From assembly GCA_045805065.1 (NCBI GenBank), contig JBJMMA010000153.1, forward strand, positions 1 through 30,776: a DNA stretch of 30,776 bases, written 5' to 3'. A program made the translations under genes and the position numbers. Below, piece after piece: positions 1-7,446 of this stretch. Below the pieces are notes generated by a model that saw only the letters and a program-made list of their open reading frames with translations, had not been told where the DNA came from and did not search any database. Every line of letters begins with the position of its first letter. Position 1 is the first letter of the stretch. Source of the stretch: Bdellovibrionia bacterium. Lineage in GTDB: Bacteria > Bdellovibrionota > UBA1018.

Positions 1-672
1 GATGCCTTCATCCGTGACGGTAAAGATGTGTCTGCCGCGGAAATGATCGCTTCCGCGAAGTTTCATGATTTCGATTTCGCGAACACTTCTCATGCTGTCA
101 TGGTGCGCGGAAAGGGAGATAATCCCATCCACCATCGTGTGTTCCGGATGCGCGAGGCTGTCTGTGAACGATGAGAGAAGCACAGCCGTGCAGCCTGAGG
201 TTGAGAGTACGGTGCTGAGTTCATGCACAAACTTTTTGAAGGACACAGGTGACTTGGCAAGATCCTCAGCCGAAGCAACGCCATCCAGAAAAAGCAGGTC
301 TGCGCGGTACTGACGAACCATATGCGCCAGTGAGCGGAGCAGGCCATCCAGCCCTTCTTTCTCAAGAGTCTGATAGGCACTGATGAAATTGAAAGATTCA
401 GAGATCGGCGCCTCGTCAAAAAAGCTTAATGGCTTTAAATGTCCGAAAAGGCGGCCATGACCTTCAGAGAGAAGCGATACATAAAGAGCTCGTCCACCGC
501 GCTCACAGTGCTTGAATCCAAATTGGGTGGCCAGAATGGTTTTTCCTGCCCCTGGGGTTCCCATCACAAGATAGATTCCGCCCCTGAGAAAGCCTCCACA
601 GAGCATTTCGTCGAGCCCGGGAATATGGGTGGGCACGCGTTTAAAAATTTGGATTTGGTCTTTTTGGCTCAT
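1..672 (-). CDS. KaiC/RAD55-like RecA-superfamily ATPase, N-terminal part (runs off the left edge)
   Basis: Not in the ORF track; translated by hand from ATG at 672: MSQKDQIQIFKRVPTHIPGLDEMLCGGFLRGGIYLVMGTPGAGKTILATQF (Walker A), LLFLDG (Walker B), HTMVDGIISL and REIEIMKLRGSDHFRGRHIFTVTDEGI (KaiC-type K-x-R-G motif). The frame is open to position 1. Confidence 0.9.
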   Translation of the reverse strand, partial: MSQKDQIQIFKRVPTHIPGLDEMLCGGFLRGGIYLVMGTPGAGKTILATQFGFKHCERGGRALYVSLLSEGHGRLFGHLKPLSFFDEAPISESFNFISAYQTLEKEGLDGLLRSLAHMVRQYRADLLFLDGVASAEDLAKSPVSFKKFVHELSTVLSTSGCTAVLLSSFTDSLAHPEHTMVDGIISLSAHHDSMRSVREIEIMKLRGSDHFRGRHIFTVTDEGI

Positions 673-838
673 ATTGTCTTGAATTCAATAGATCTCGAGT
701 GACGAGACAGTCGTACGTAAAGGTTTGACTGCTTGAAAACGCATGAAGCAATTTACCCCGTCTTAACAGAGAATAGATGATTTAGCCAATGAGCCTTAGC
801 CAACGCGTTGCGCTACATGAGGTGCTTTGATCGGATTC

Positions 839-1129
839 CTAAACTGAAGAACTGGTTTTTACGATCTTGTTATAAATTCCAAGCAAGAGAATGGGCGCAG
901 GCCACATTCCAACAAAGCGGGCTGTCTTTTCTTTATTCGACAGCTCGAGAAAAAGAGAAGCGCCCATTGCTGCCAGCGCAAGCATCAGGAAATAGTTTGA
1001 AGGAATCTTGGCCGTCTGCTGCTCGATCAGACGCGTGATCGTGTCTTCGCGATGTTCCGCGCGGACGACAGGGATCTCAAGGTATTCTCTCTCTGATAGC
1101 TGGCCGACTGGATTGATTGGGGCATTCAT
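839..1129 (-). CDS. Small conserved hypothetical membrane protein
   Basis: EDTITRLIEQQTAKIPSNYFLMLALAAMGASL...FVGMWPAPILLLGIYNKIVK with two hydrophobic segments; resembles a small family I recall from stress-gene clusters. ATG at 1129 preferred over TTG at 1150. Confidence 0.75.
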   Translation of the reverse strand: MNAPINPVGQLSEREYLEIPVVRAEHREDTITRLIEQQTAKIPSNYFLMLALAAMGASLFLELSNKEKTARFVGMWPAPILLLGIYNKIVKTSSSV

Positions 1130-1146
1130 AGATAAGCTTAGCGTTC

Positions 1147-1161
1147 TCAATTCTTATGCCA
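1147..1161 (-). promoter_or_regulatory. Putative sigma54-type -24/-12 promoter (TGGCATAAGAATTGA)
   Basis: TGGCA-N6-TTGA, 18 nt upstream of ATG 1129; the -12 element is TTGA rather than TTGC. Confidence 0.45.
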
Positions 1162-1171
1162 TGAGCTGATT

Positions 1172-1187
1172 CGGAGTCAGACTTGCA
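1172..1187 (+). promoter_or_regulatory. Putative sigma54-type promoter (CGGAGTCAGACTTGCA)
   Basis: GG-N10-GC spacing with TTGCA just upstream of the DUF1990 gene. Confidence 0.4.
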
Positions 1188-1199
1188 ACGACTTGAGTC

Positions 1200-1838
1200 G
1201 TGGAATTACTGAAGGGCCACTCAAAGCACTCATCGGAAAATTCAGAAGACGAGCTTCAAAAAGTCGCCGATGGCTTTGGCCCGGTACTCATTCGAGATTA
1301 TTGGACGGTGATCCGCAATAGTCGTCTCAGGCCATCTGAGATCATGGACTTGGTTGCACACAAATTTCCTGAGTTCGCTCCTGATAGTCTTTGCCTGTTC
1401 GCGCAGGACCAAGGAAAAGAGGGCAGGCTTAGCGTGGGTGACATACTGCACATTCGAATTCGGATGGCGGCTCACTGCCAGGTGCGGGTTCTTGGACATG
1501 ATAAAAGCAGCATTACTTTAGGAACTTTAAAGGGGCATCCTGAGGCGGGAAAAATCACATTTGGTGCCTATCGCAACCCCCATGGCGACGTGATCTTTCA
1601 TATTCGAAGTCGCGCTCGTTCAAAAGACGCGCTGACTTACCTTGGGTTTACGACCGTGGGTGATCCGATGCAGACCAATACGTGGACCGAATTTGTAGAT
1701 CGCGTTGCGCTCACCGTGGGTGATGGACCCATGAAGGCGATTCATGCAGACCTCTCGGTGGTGAGAGGCGAAGAGGCTGAAAAGATTACCCGAGAAGACG
1801 ATGACGAAAGCCCTACCTTTATAGCCCAGGGAGACTGA
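1200..1838 (+). CDS. DUF1990-family protein
   Basis: TLGTLKGHPEAGKITF...VIFHIRSRARS motif typical of DUF1990; first gene of a three-gene + strand unit. Confidence 0.75.
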   Translation: MELLKGHSKHSSENSEDELQKVADGFGPVLIRDYWTVIRNSRLRPSEIMDLVAHKFPEFAPDSLCLFAQDQGKEGRLSVGDILHIRIRMAAHCQVRVLGHDKSSITLGTLKGHPEAGKITFGAYRNPHGDVIFHIRSRARSKDALTYLGFTTVGDPMQTNTWTEFVDRVALTVGDGPMKAIHADLSVVRGEEAEKITREDDDESPTFIAQGD

Positions 1839-1843
1839 GCGTA

Positions 1844-2737
1844 ATGAGCAAGGAGCTGCGGGCAGAATGGCGATTTGGGCGAGGCTGGTCGGAGCGTGAG
1901 CTTGCATCACGACTCGAAAAGTACCGCCATGCGGACGTCAATTTCCATGCTGAAGGATCGCACATCCCCACTGGACCGCAGTGGAAGCGCTACTACACGC
2001 AAGCAATCATTGCGCACGAGAAACCGGGCCCTCCTGAGCCAGGTGGAGCATTTGAGAAAGCCTGGAAGTTGATCGAGGGCTACCAATTCTCCGATCCAGG
2101 GATCGTGAAAGCGCATTATGATCCTCGAGATCCGTTGGTGGGTCGAACCATGCTCCTTGAGCTTCAGGTGATGGGCTTTCGATTTTTGTGTGGAACGCGG
2201 GTCACTTTCGATCGGTCGATGAATGAGGAGAGCGAAACCAGCTTAGGCTATCGCTACGATACTCTCCAAGGTCATATTGAAGCGGGCTCTGAGTGGTTCA
2301 TGCTGACAAAGCTTCATCAGACCGGAGAGATTCGCTTTCGCATTCACGCGTCTTGGAAGCTGGGAGTCTTCCCAAACTGGTGGAGCCGCATGGGCTTTCT
2401 TGTCATGGGAGAGCATTACCAACTGGCATGGCACAGGCTTGCGTATCTCAGGCTCAGGCATTTTCTTGATTCCGATAATCAGTACAAGCTTGCGCCCGTT
2501 CCCGTCGGCCGTGAGCTTGTGCACACAGATGCAGATGATGCGGACTCTGATCTTTGGATCTTGAGAACCCATCGGCCTGCGATGCAGGCAGGGATTTTGG
2601 GTGGGAAGAAGAGCCATGGTGTAGAACGAATCGATCAAGCAGGAGGAAAAGGTGATGAAGCAAAACGGATCGAACGGATTGGGAAAGGCAGCCATCGTCG
2701 GAGGAATCACAGGAATTCGAAGTACGGCGGCACTTAG
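1844..2737 (+). CDS. DUF1990-family protein (second copy, long C-terminal tail)
   Basis: GYRYDTLQGHIEAGSEWF...GEIRFRIHASW motif; starts 5 nt after the previous stop. Confidence 0.75.
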   Translation: MSKELRAEWRFGRGWSERELASRLEKYRHADVNFHAEGSHIPTGPQWKRYYTQAIIAHEKPGPPEPGGAFEKAWKLIEGYQFSDPGIVKAHYDPRDPLVGRTMLLELQVMGFRFLCGTRVTFDRSMNEESETSLGYRYDTLQGHIEAGSEWFMLTKLHQTGEIRFRIHASWKLGVFPNWWSRMGFLVMGEHYQLAWHRLAYLRLRHFLDSDNQYKLAPVPVGRELVHTDADDADSDLWILRTHRPAMQAGILGGKKSHGVERIDQAGGKGDEAKRIERIGKGSHRRRNHRNSKYGGT

Positions 2738-3068
2738 TCAGATCTTTGATCGCAACGGAGTTGTAAGGACCGTCACATTTTTAGAAAGCGTTGCGGATAA
2801 GTTGCCCTTCATTCCTGCTCGAACTCAGGTCATGTCGCTTTTGGGTCGGGCTGGGTTTGGCGGATATGCCGCGTCTTTGCTTGCAGACGAAAAGCGCAAG
2901 CGTTTGACCTATGCCACCGTCGGAGCATTGAGTGCTATCATTTGCACTTTCGCAGCGACTCAAATCAGAACAAGGCTTGGCGCAAAGAGCCGTATCGCCA
3001 ATACGGCTTTAGGATTTGCTGAAGATGGAATAGTTTCGTGGGCAGGCAGAAGTTTGAGAGCCGCTTAG
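2655..3068 (+). CDS. DUF4126-like membrane protein
   Basis: GGITGIRS...ESVADKLPFIPART...GRAGFGG...ALGFAED; AGGAGG RBS at 2641-2646 ahead of GTG 2652/ATG 2655. Confidence 0.7.
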   Translation: MKQNGSNGLGKAAIVGGITGIRSTAALSQIFDRNGVVRTVTFLESVADKLPFIPARTQVMSLLGRAGFGGYAASLLADEKRKRLTYATVGALSAIICTFAATQIRTRLGAKSRIANTALGFAEDGIVSWAGRSLRAA

Positions 3069-3961
3069 CCTGATACGCTCATTTCATCAGCGGCCAATAC
3101 GGGACTCAGAACGACATTTTCCACGAGGATTTTCTGTCCTAGAATGCGCTGACCGTGCTCGCCAAACCAGCCCGCATCGTCAGTTGTTGCAAATCGGCGT
3201 TGGCCTATGGGCTTTCCGCGGCTGAGTCGCGTATCCATTTCGGGATGACGCCTGAGCCAGTCTTCCAGGCGCTCAGCGATGATCTCGCCTTGGGCAATCA
3301 CTTGAATCTCGGGAGGCGTAACGGCTCGAATCAGTGGATAAAGAAGCGGATAGTGCGTGCATCCAAGAAGTATGCGTTTAGGGACATCAGGACCTTTGAA
3401 CAAAGGATCAAGATACTGATGAACGAAATGCTCAGTGCCAGGCCCGCTGAGTTCTCCTGCTTCAATGAGTGGAACCCAAAGCGGGCAGGCTTGCTGAATG
3501 AGTTTGAGACCTGGGGCAAGCTTTGCGGTTTCAAGAGCGTAAGAATTGGAAGCCACGGTTCCGCGCGTGGCTAACACTGCAACAGCGCCTCCTGTGATGT
3601 CAGGACGTCTGAGCGCAGGTGGCGTCGCTGGGGGGATTCCTACCAGTGCTTCAACCGAAGGTCGAATCACACCTAAAACCCTGCGGTCCGGCCAACGGTT
3701 CGGAAGATCGAGCTGTTGAATGTTTCTCAGTGCCTGAGCGGATGCCGTATTGCAGGCAAAAATCACAAGGCTGCAGCCTTCATCAAAAAGCCACTGCACG
3801 GCTTCGCGAGAAAACTTATGCACAATCTCCAGGCTTCGTCCGCCGTAGGGGCTGCGTGCGCTGTCACCCAAATAGAGGTAATCGTATTCAGGCAAGCGCT
3901 CGAGAAGAGACTTCAAAATTGTAAGACCGCCGAAGCCGGAGTCAAATACGCCGATCATCAT
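3065..3961 (-). CDS. murI: Glutamate racemase
   Basis: IGVFDSGFGGLT, YLGDSARSPYG and both catalytic Cys motifs ACNTAS and LGCTHYP. Start uncertain between 3958 and 3970. Confidence 0.95.
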   Translation of the reverse strand: MMIGVFDSGFGGLTILKSLLERLPEYDYLYLGDSARSPYGGRSLEIVHKFSREAVQWLFDEGCSLVIFACNTASAQALRNIQQLDLPNRWPDRRVLGVIRPSVEALVGIPPATPPALRRPDITGGAVAVLATRGTVASNSYALETAKLAPGLKLIQQACPLWVPLIEAGELSGPGTEHFVHQYLDPLFKGPDVPKRILLGCTHYPLLYPLIRAVTPPEIQVIAQGEIIAERLEDWLRRHPEMDTRLSRGKPIGQRRFATTDDAGWFGEHGQRILGQKILVENVVLSPVLAADEMSVSG

Positions 3962-4023
3962 ACTGATCATCGTAACTTAACTTTGATTCACAGCTCCAGG
4001 TCTTTTCAGGGGCAAGCTCTGGT

Positions 4024-4995
4024 CTAACCGCTTGCACAGGTCCCGGTACTGGAATCACCCGGGGTTGAACAGGCCTTGGCAATCAAACCGTCGAGGAACG
4101 TTTCAAGGGAGGTCAGACTTCGGTCCGCAATATAAGGGGGATTAGGGCTGGTTGAGCACGCTGAGTACGAGTCTCCATGATAGACCGAAGGCAATCCTGA
4201 CCCTGTGTGAATGGTGAGCTCATTCAAAGGCGCATCTGCCGTACAGCGGCTGAGTGGACAGCTTGTCTGGAGTTGGAACATTTGTATTGCGATTTGGGCC
4301 GTCGCATTCGGGGTGAGCTGGACGGAGTTTGCAATTGGAGCAAGATGAGCCGAGCTTGAACTTGGATTTGAGATACCGCATCCGTAGACCGACAGGGTTT
4401 GTGCCTGCACATTAAACTCATAAGTCAGGGAGCGCTCAGTGCAAACATCGCCAGGACGTCGTGCGAACAGCCCGTTAAATGAGCTCAGCACAAAGCTTGT
4501 GGCATCGGATGACCAGACTGCCCGAGGCGAGCACCCATAGCGGCTTCGAAGTTCAAGCAGGTTGTCTAAGAGATCCTGAGTAGCAGTGGGATCTCCGCTC
4601 GTACATACCTGCCCCGTTGATCCATTGCTGGGCTGAAACTGATAAACAATCGCATTTGGAGCATTTGCGAACGTCAATGAGATCTCGTTTCCGGCATTGG
4701 AAACATAACGATCAGCACTGCAACTGAGAGGCTCCAGCGCCTCCTCTTTGATGGCATCAATCCGGCTATCTAAAGTGGCGAGCTCAGAATTAGTAATCTG
4801 TCCTGCGCTTGCTGAAGGGGCTGATGAAACATAGTTCCCATCATCATCGATTGTGAAAGTCTGATCGGCTCCATTTTGAGTGGTCGTGCTCAGGGTGACG
4901 GAGTCCCAGTCAAACTGCTGGGCTGATATTGGGCGGCTTAAGAGAACTAGAGACACGAGTGCCAGAGCACCTTTGACACGTACGCTAAAATTCAT
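4024..4995 (-). CDS. Secreted Cys-rich hypothetical protein
   Basis: ATG 4995 gives a signal peptide MNFSVRVKGALALVSLVLLSRPISA; the mature part is Ser/Thr-rich with 10 Cys. The upstream extension to 5193 overlaps the next gene and is rejected. Confidence 0.7.
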   Translation of the reverse strand: MNFSVRVKGALALVSLVLLSRPISAQQFDWDSVTLSTTTQNGADQTFTIDDDGNYVSSAPSASAGQITNSELATLDSRIDAIKEEALEPLSCSADRYVSNAGNEISLTFANAPNAIVYQFQPSNGSTGQVCTSGDPTATQDLLDNLLELRSRYGCSPRAVWSSDATSFVLSSFNGLFARRPGDVCTERSLTYEFNVQAQTLSVYGCGISNPSSSSAHLAPIANSVQLTPNATAQIAIQMFQLQTSCPLSRCTADAPLNELTIHTGSGLPSVYHGDSYSACSTSPNPPYIADRSLTSLETFLDGLIAKACSTPGDSSTGTCASG

Positions 4996-5030
4996 ATGAA
5001 GTCCCGGATCAGTTATTTTAAAGCAGAGTA

Positions 5031-5046
5031 TGCAATACGCATCCCG
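5031..5046 (-). promoter_or_regulatory. Putative sigma54-type promoter (CGGGATGCGTATTGCA)
   Basis: GG-N10-GC with TTGCA about 36 nt upstream of ATG 4995. Confidence 0.35.
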
Positions 5047-5101
5047 CTCGAAAAATTTCTTAAGGCTGTAACGGACGGGAAGGCCGATATATAACGCCAT
5101 T

Positions 5102-5722
5102 ATGCTGATCCCTCTCAAATGTAAGTGCGGCTTACTCCGTGGACAGGTCGAGTTCTCACGTTCCATGAACAAGCGAATCGTATGTCTGTGCAATGACTGC
5201 CAGGCATACGCTCACTATCTGGACCGGGTGGATCAGATGCTGGATGCGAATGGGGGGACGGATATCATCCCGGTTCATCCTGCAAAGATTCGCCTCACTC
5301 ATGGGGTTGAGAATCTTGCCTGCGTTCGATTGAGCGATGACGGAGTCTACCGATGGTATGCAGGCTGCTGCAAAACTCCGATTGCCAACACACCGCAGGG
5401 ACGACACCCTTACGCAGGTATTGTGACGAAAATTCTGGATTTGGGTGACGATTCCGCAAAGCTTGATTCAGCGCTCGGACCTGTATTTGCACGGATCAAC
5501 GGTAAATATGGCATTCCCCCACTTGCGAAGGGAACCTCCCAGAATACCCCTCTTCGCGTGTTCCTTTACGTGATCAAGTTCATGCTTGTGGGCAAGATGA
5601 AGGGGCTTCGATTGCCTTCTCCATTTACAAACCCAGAAACAGATCGTCCCGCTCTTAAGCCCACGGTGCTCTCAGACCCTGAGTACTACGCACTCATTGA
5701 TCGAACCGGGCCAAAGCGCTGA
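5102..5722 (+). CDS. DUF6151 / GFA(CENP-V)-like Zn-binding protein
   Basis: CKCG...VCLCNDCQAYA...GGTD...RWYAGCCKTPIANT cysteine pattern. Confidence 0.8.
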   Translation: MLIPLKCKCGLLRGQVEFSRSMNKRIVCLCNDCQAYAHYLDRVDQMLDANGGTDIIPVHPAKIRLTHGVENLACVRLSDDGVYRWYAGCCKTPIANTPQGRHPYAGIVTKILDLGDDSAKLDSALGPVFARINGKYGIPPLAKGTSQNTPLRVFLYVIKFMLVGKMKGLRLPSPFTNPETDRPALKPTVLSDPEYYALIDRTGPKR

Positions 5723-5736
5723 CGTTGAATCAAGTT

Positions 5737-6357
5737 TTACTTGGCGATCGTTTGAAAATATCTTTTCAGCGATTGATAAAGCGCATCGAATGCCTTCGGG
5801 TCATCGAGACCCTTCAGCATTCCATAAAAACCTTCGTGAGCCATGACGATAAAGTGAGCTACCTGTCGCGCGTTTACGTCAGCTTTCATAAAACCATTCT
5901 TCTTGGCACGACCGAGTTGTTTTTCCATCTCGTCGATCCAAAAATTGAGGGATGCCTGCAAGCGTATTTTGAAGCCTTTATCCACTGGCGCCATTTCTTG
6001 AACCAGGTTGTTCAGTGGGCATCCTAACTTCAGAATAGCGGGGTCTGCTTTTCCAATCAACTCATCCAGCTGCTCCAAGATGCCTTCGAGTGGATTGTCG
6101 TATTGCGCAAGTGGCGCAATCCAACGATCAATAATCATGGGCTTGATGACGTCATCCACCAGGGCGTAACCTAAATCCAGTTTGGTTTGGAAATGGTGGT
6201 AGAAAGCACCCTTGGTCAGCGAGGTCTTTTTGACGATATCATCCACGCTGACTCCCTGAAATCCGCGCGTGAAAACCTCCATAAAAGCCACGTCGAGAAT
6301 CTCTCGGCGGGACCTCTCGAAATCACGTTGTTTTTTCACAGGGGCACGACTTGCCAT
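5737..6357 (-). CDS. TetR/AcrR-family transcriptional regulator
   Basis: N-terminal HTH GFQGVSVDDIVKKTSLTKGAFYHHFQTK; C-terminal GCPLNNL motif. Confidence 0.93.
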   Translation of the reverse strand: MASRAPVKKQRDFERSRREILDVAFMEVFTRGFQGVSVDDIVKKTSLTKGAFYHHFQTKLDLGYALVDDVIKPMIIDRWIAPLAQYDNPLEGILEQLDELIGKADPAILKLGCPLNNLVQEMAPVDKGFKIRLQASLNFWIDEMEKQLGRAKKNGFMKADVNARQVAHFIVMAHEGFYGMLKGLDDPKAFDALYQSLKRYFQTIAK

Positions 6358-6391
6358 GAGGTCACCTTACAATAAGAAGGTACGACTAGAC

Positions 6392-6411
6392 AACATACTA
6401 TTTAGTATGTT
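6392..6411. promoter_or_regulatory. Perfect inverted repeat AACATACTA-TT-TAGTATGTT, probable TetR operator
   Basis: 9-bp perfect arms in the divergent TetR/SRPBCC intergenic region. Confidence 0.75.
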
Positions 6412-6476
6412 AACTTAATAACAAACGACAAAAGACAAAAAAGCTATCCAACGAGTTTAATTCTGGAGACCTCGAC

Positions 6477-7004
6477 ATGATGAAAGTAGCACTCATAGTA
6501 CTGGCCGTTTTGGTGGCATTTTTCGGGTTTGTAATGACCCGTAAAGGTGAATTTCGCTATGAACGAAGCGGACTCATCAATGCGTCTGCCGAGAAACTCT
6601 TTCCTTATATTAGTGATTTTAAAAAGGGCACTCTCTGGAATCCCTATGATCAACGCGATCCTAATATGAAGCGGACTTATAGTGGTCCAGATGCCCAAGT
6701 TGGATCCATTGTTGAGTTTGAAGGAAATCGCCAATCCGGATCTGGAAAAATTGAGATCTTGAGAATCGTGCCCAATCAGCTTGTAGAGTTGAAACTGACC
6801 ATGACGAAGCCATTTCATGCAGAGAATCTGGTTCGCTACCGACTCACTCCAGAAGGATCCCAGACCCGGTTTTCCTGGGAGATGGAAGGGAACGGCGGCT
6901 TCATCGGAAAGATGTTCACCCTTTTTGTCGATTGCGAAAAAATGGTCGCTGGCGATTTTGAGAAAGGCATCTCAAACCTAAAGTCAGTCGCGGAAAAAAT
7001 GTAG
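6477..7004 (+). CDS. SRPBCC (START-like) family protein with N-terminal membrane anchor
   Basis: RYERSGLINASAEKLFPYISDFK..WNPY..DPNMKRTYSG...VELKLTMTKPF...FEKGISNLKSVAE. Confidence 0.88.
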   Translation: MMKVALIVLAVLVAFFGFVMTRKGEFRYERSGLINASAEKLFPYISDFKKGTLWNPYDQRDPNMKRTYSGPDAQVGSIVEFEGNRQSGSGKIEILRIVPNQLVELKLTMTKPFHAENLVRYRLTPEGSQTRFSWEMEGNGGFIGKMFTLFVDCEKMVAGDFEKGISNLKSVAEKM

Positions 7005-7018
7005 TTCTTGAGAAAGAC

Positions 7019-7444
7019 TCAAGCCGCTTTTGACGAACCTCGTCCAGCGGTGCTGATGACTTCTCCGGTCTCGGTGAGTTGCTTAAAACGGCGCAATGTC
7101 GAGAGCAGCGCTCGATCGATCATCTGTGCCACGAGGCGAGTGGTTCCTGGCGGACAGAGCACCTCGGCCTTAATTTCTGTTCCCCGATCGGCTGGCGCAT
7201 TTTGAAATCGAAGCGTGGCGTCCACGCCATTTAGGTGAATCAGAGCGCCATTTTCGCTCGTTTCAAAGTTCTCAAACTCTTGGGCACTCCTGAGTACGAT
7301 CTCCATGGGGCGTGCAATTGTAAGGCTGTGACGAATTCTGATGGGTCCAGAAACTCTCAGAGCGGACTGATAGATCCAGGCAAGGACCGCGCTGAGCGAA
7401 ACAAAAGGTACAAAGACTAAAGCTGCTTTACTTGCGGATTTCAT
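7019..7444 (-). CDS. Shortened SRPBCC/cyclase-like protein
   Basis: N-terminal TM helix, HSLTIARP..., F.NAPADRGTEI and LRRFKQLTETGEVIST motifs as in SRPBCC proteins linked to Zn-dehydrogenases; the central part appears to be missing. Confidence 0.65.
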   Translation of the reverse strand: MKSASKAALVFVPFVSLSAVLAWIYQSALRVSGPIRIRHSLTIARPMEIVLRSAQEFENFETSENGALIHLNGVDATLRFQNAPADRGTEIKAEVLCPPGTTRLVAQMIDRALLSTLRRFKQLTETGEVISTAGRGSSKAA

Positions 7445-7446
7445 AA

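Noticed and set aside
65..702. ORF-track calls 65..313(+), 90..419(-) and 439..702(+)
   Set aside because: They are shadows of the real KaiC-like frame on the minus strand (672 to <1).
745..765. TTGC-containing site upstream of the KaiC-like gene as a sigma54 promoter
   Set aside because: The GG is not at the required GG-N10-GC spacing.
4996..5193. N-terminal extension of the 389-aa ORF
   Set aside because: It overlaps the divergent DUF6151 gene; ATG 4995 gives a clean signal peptide.
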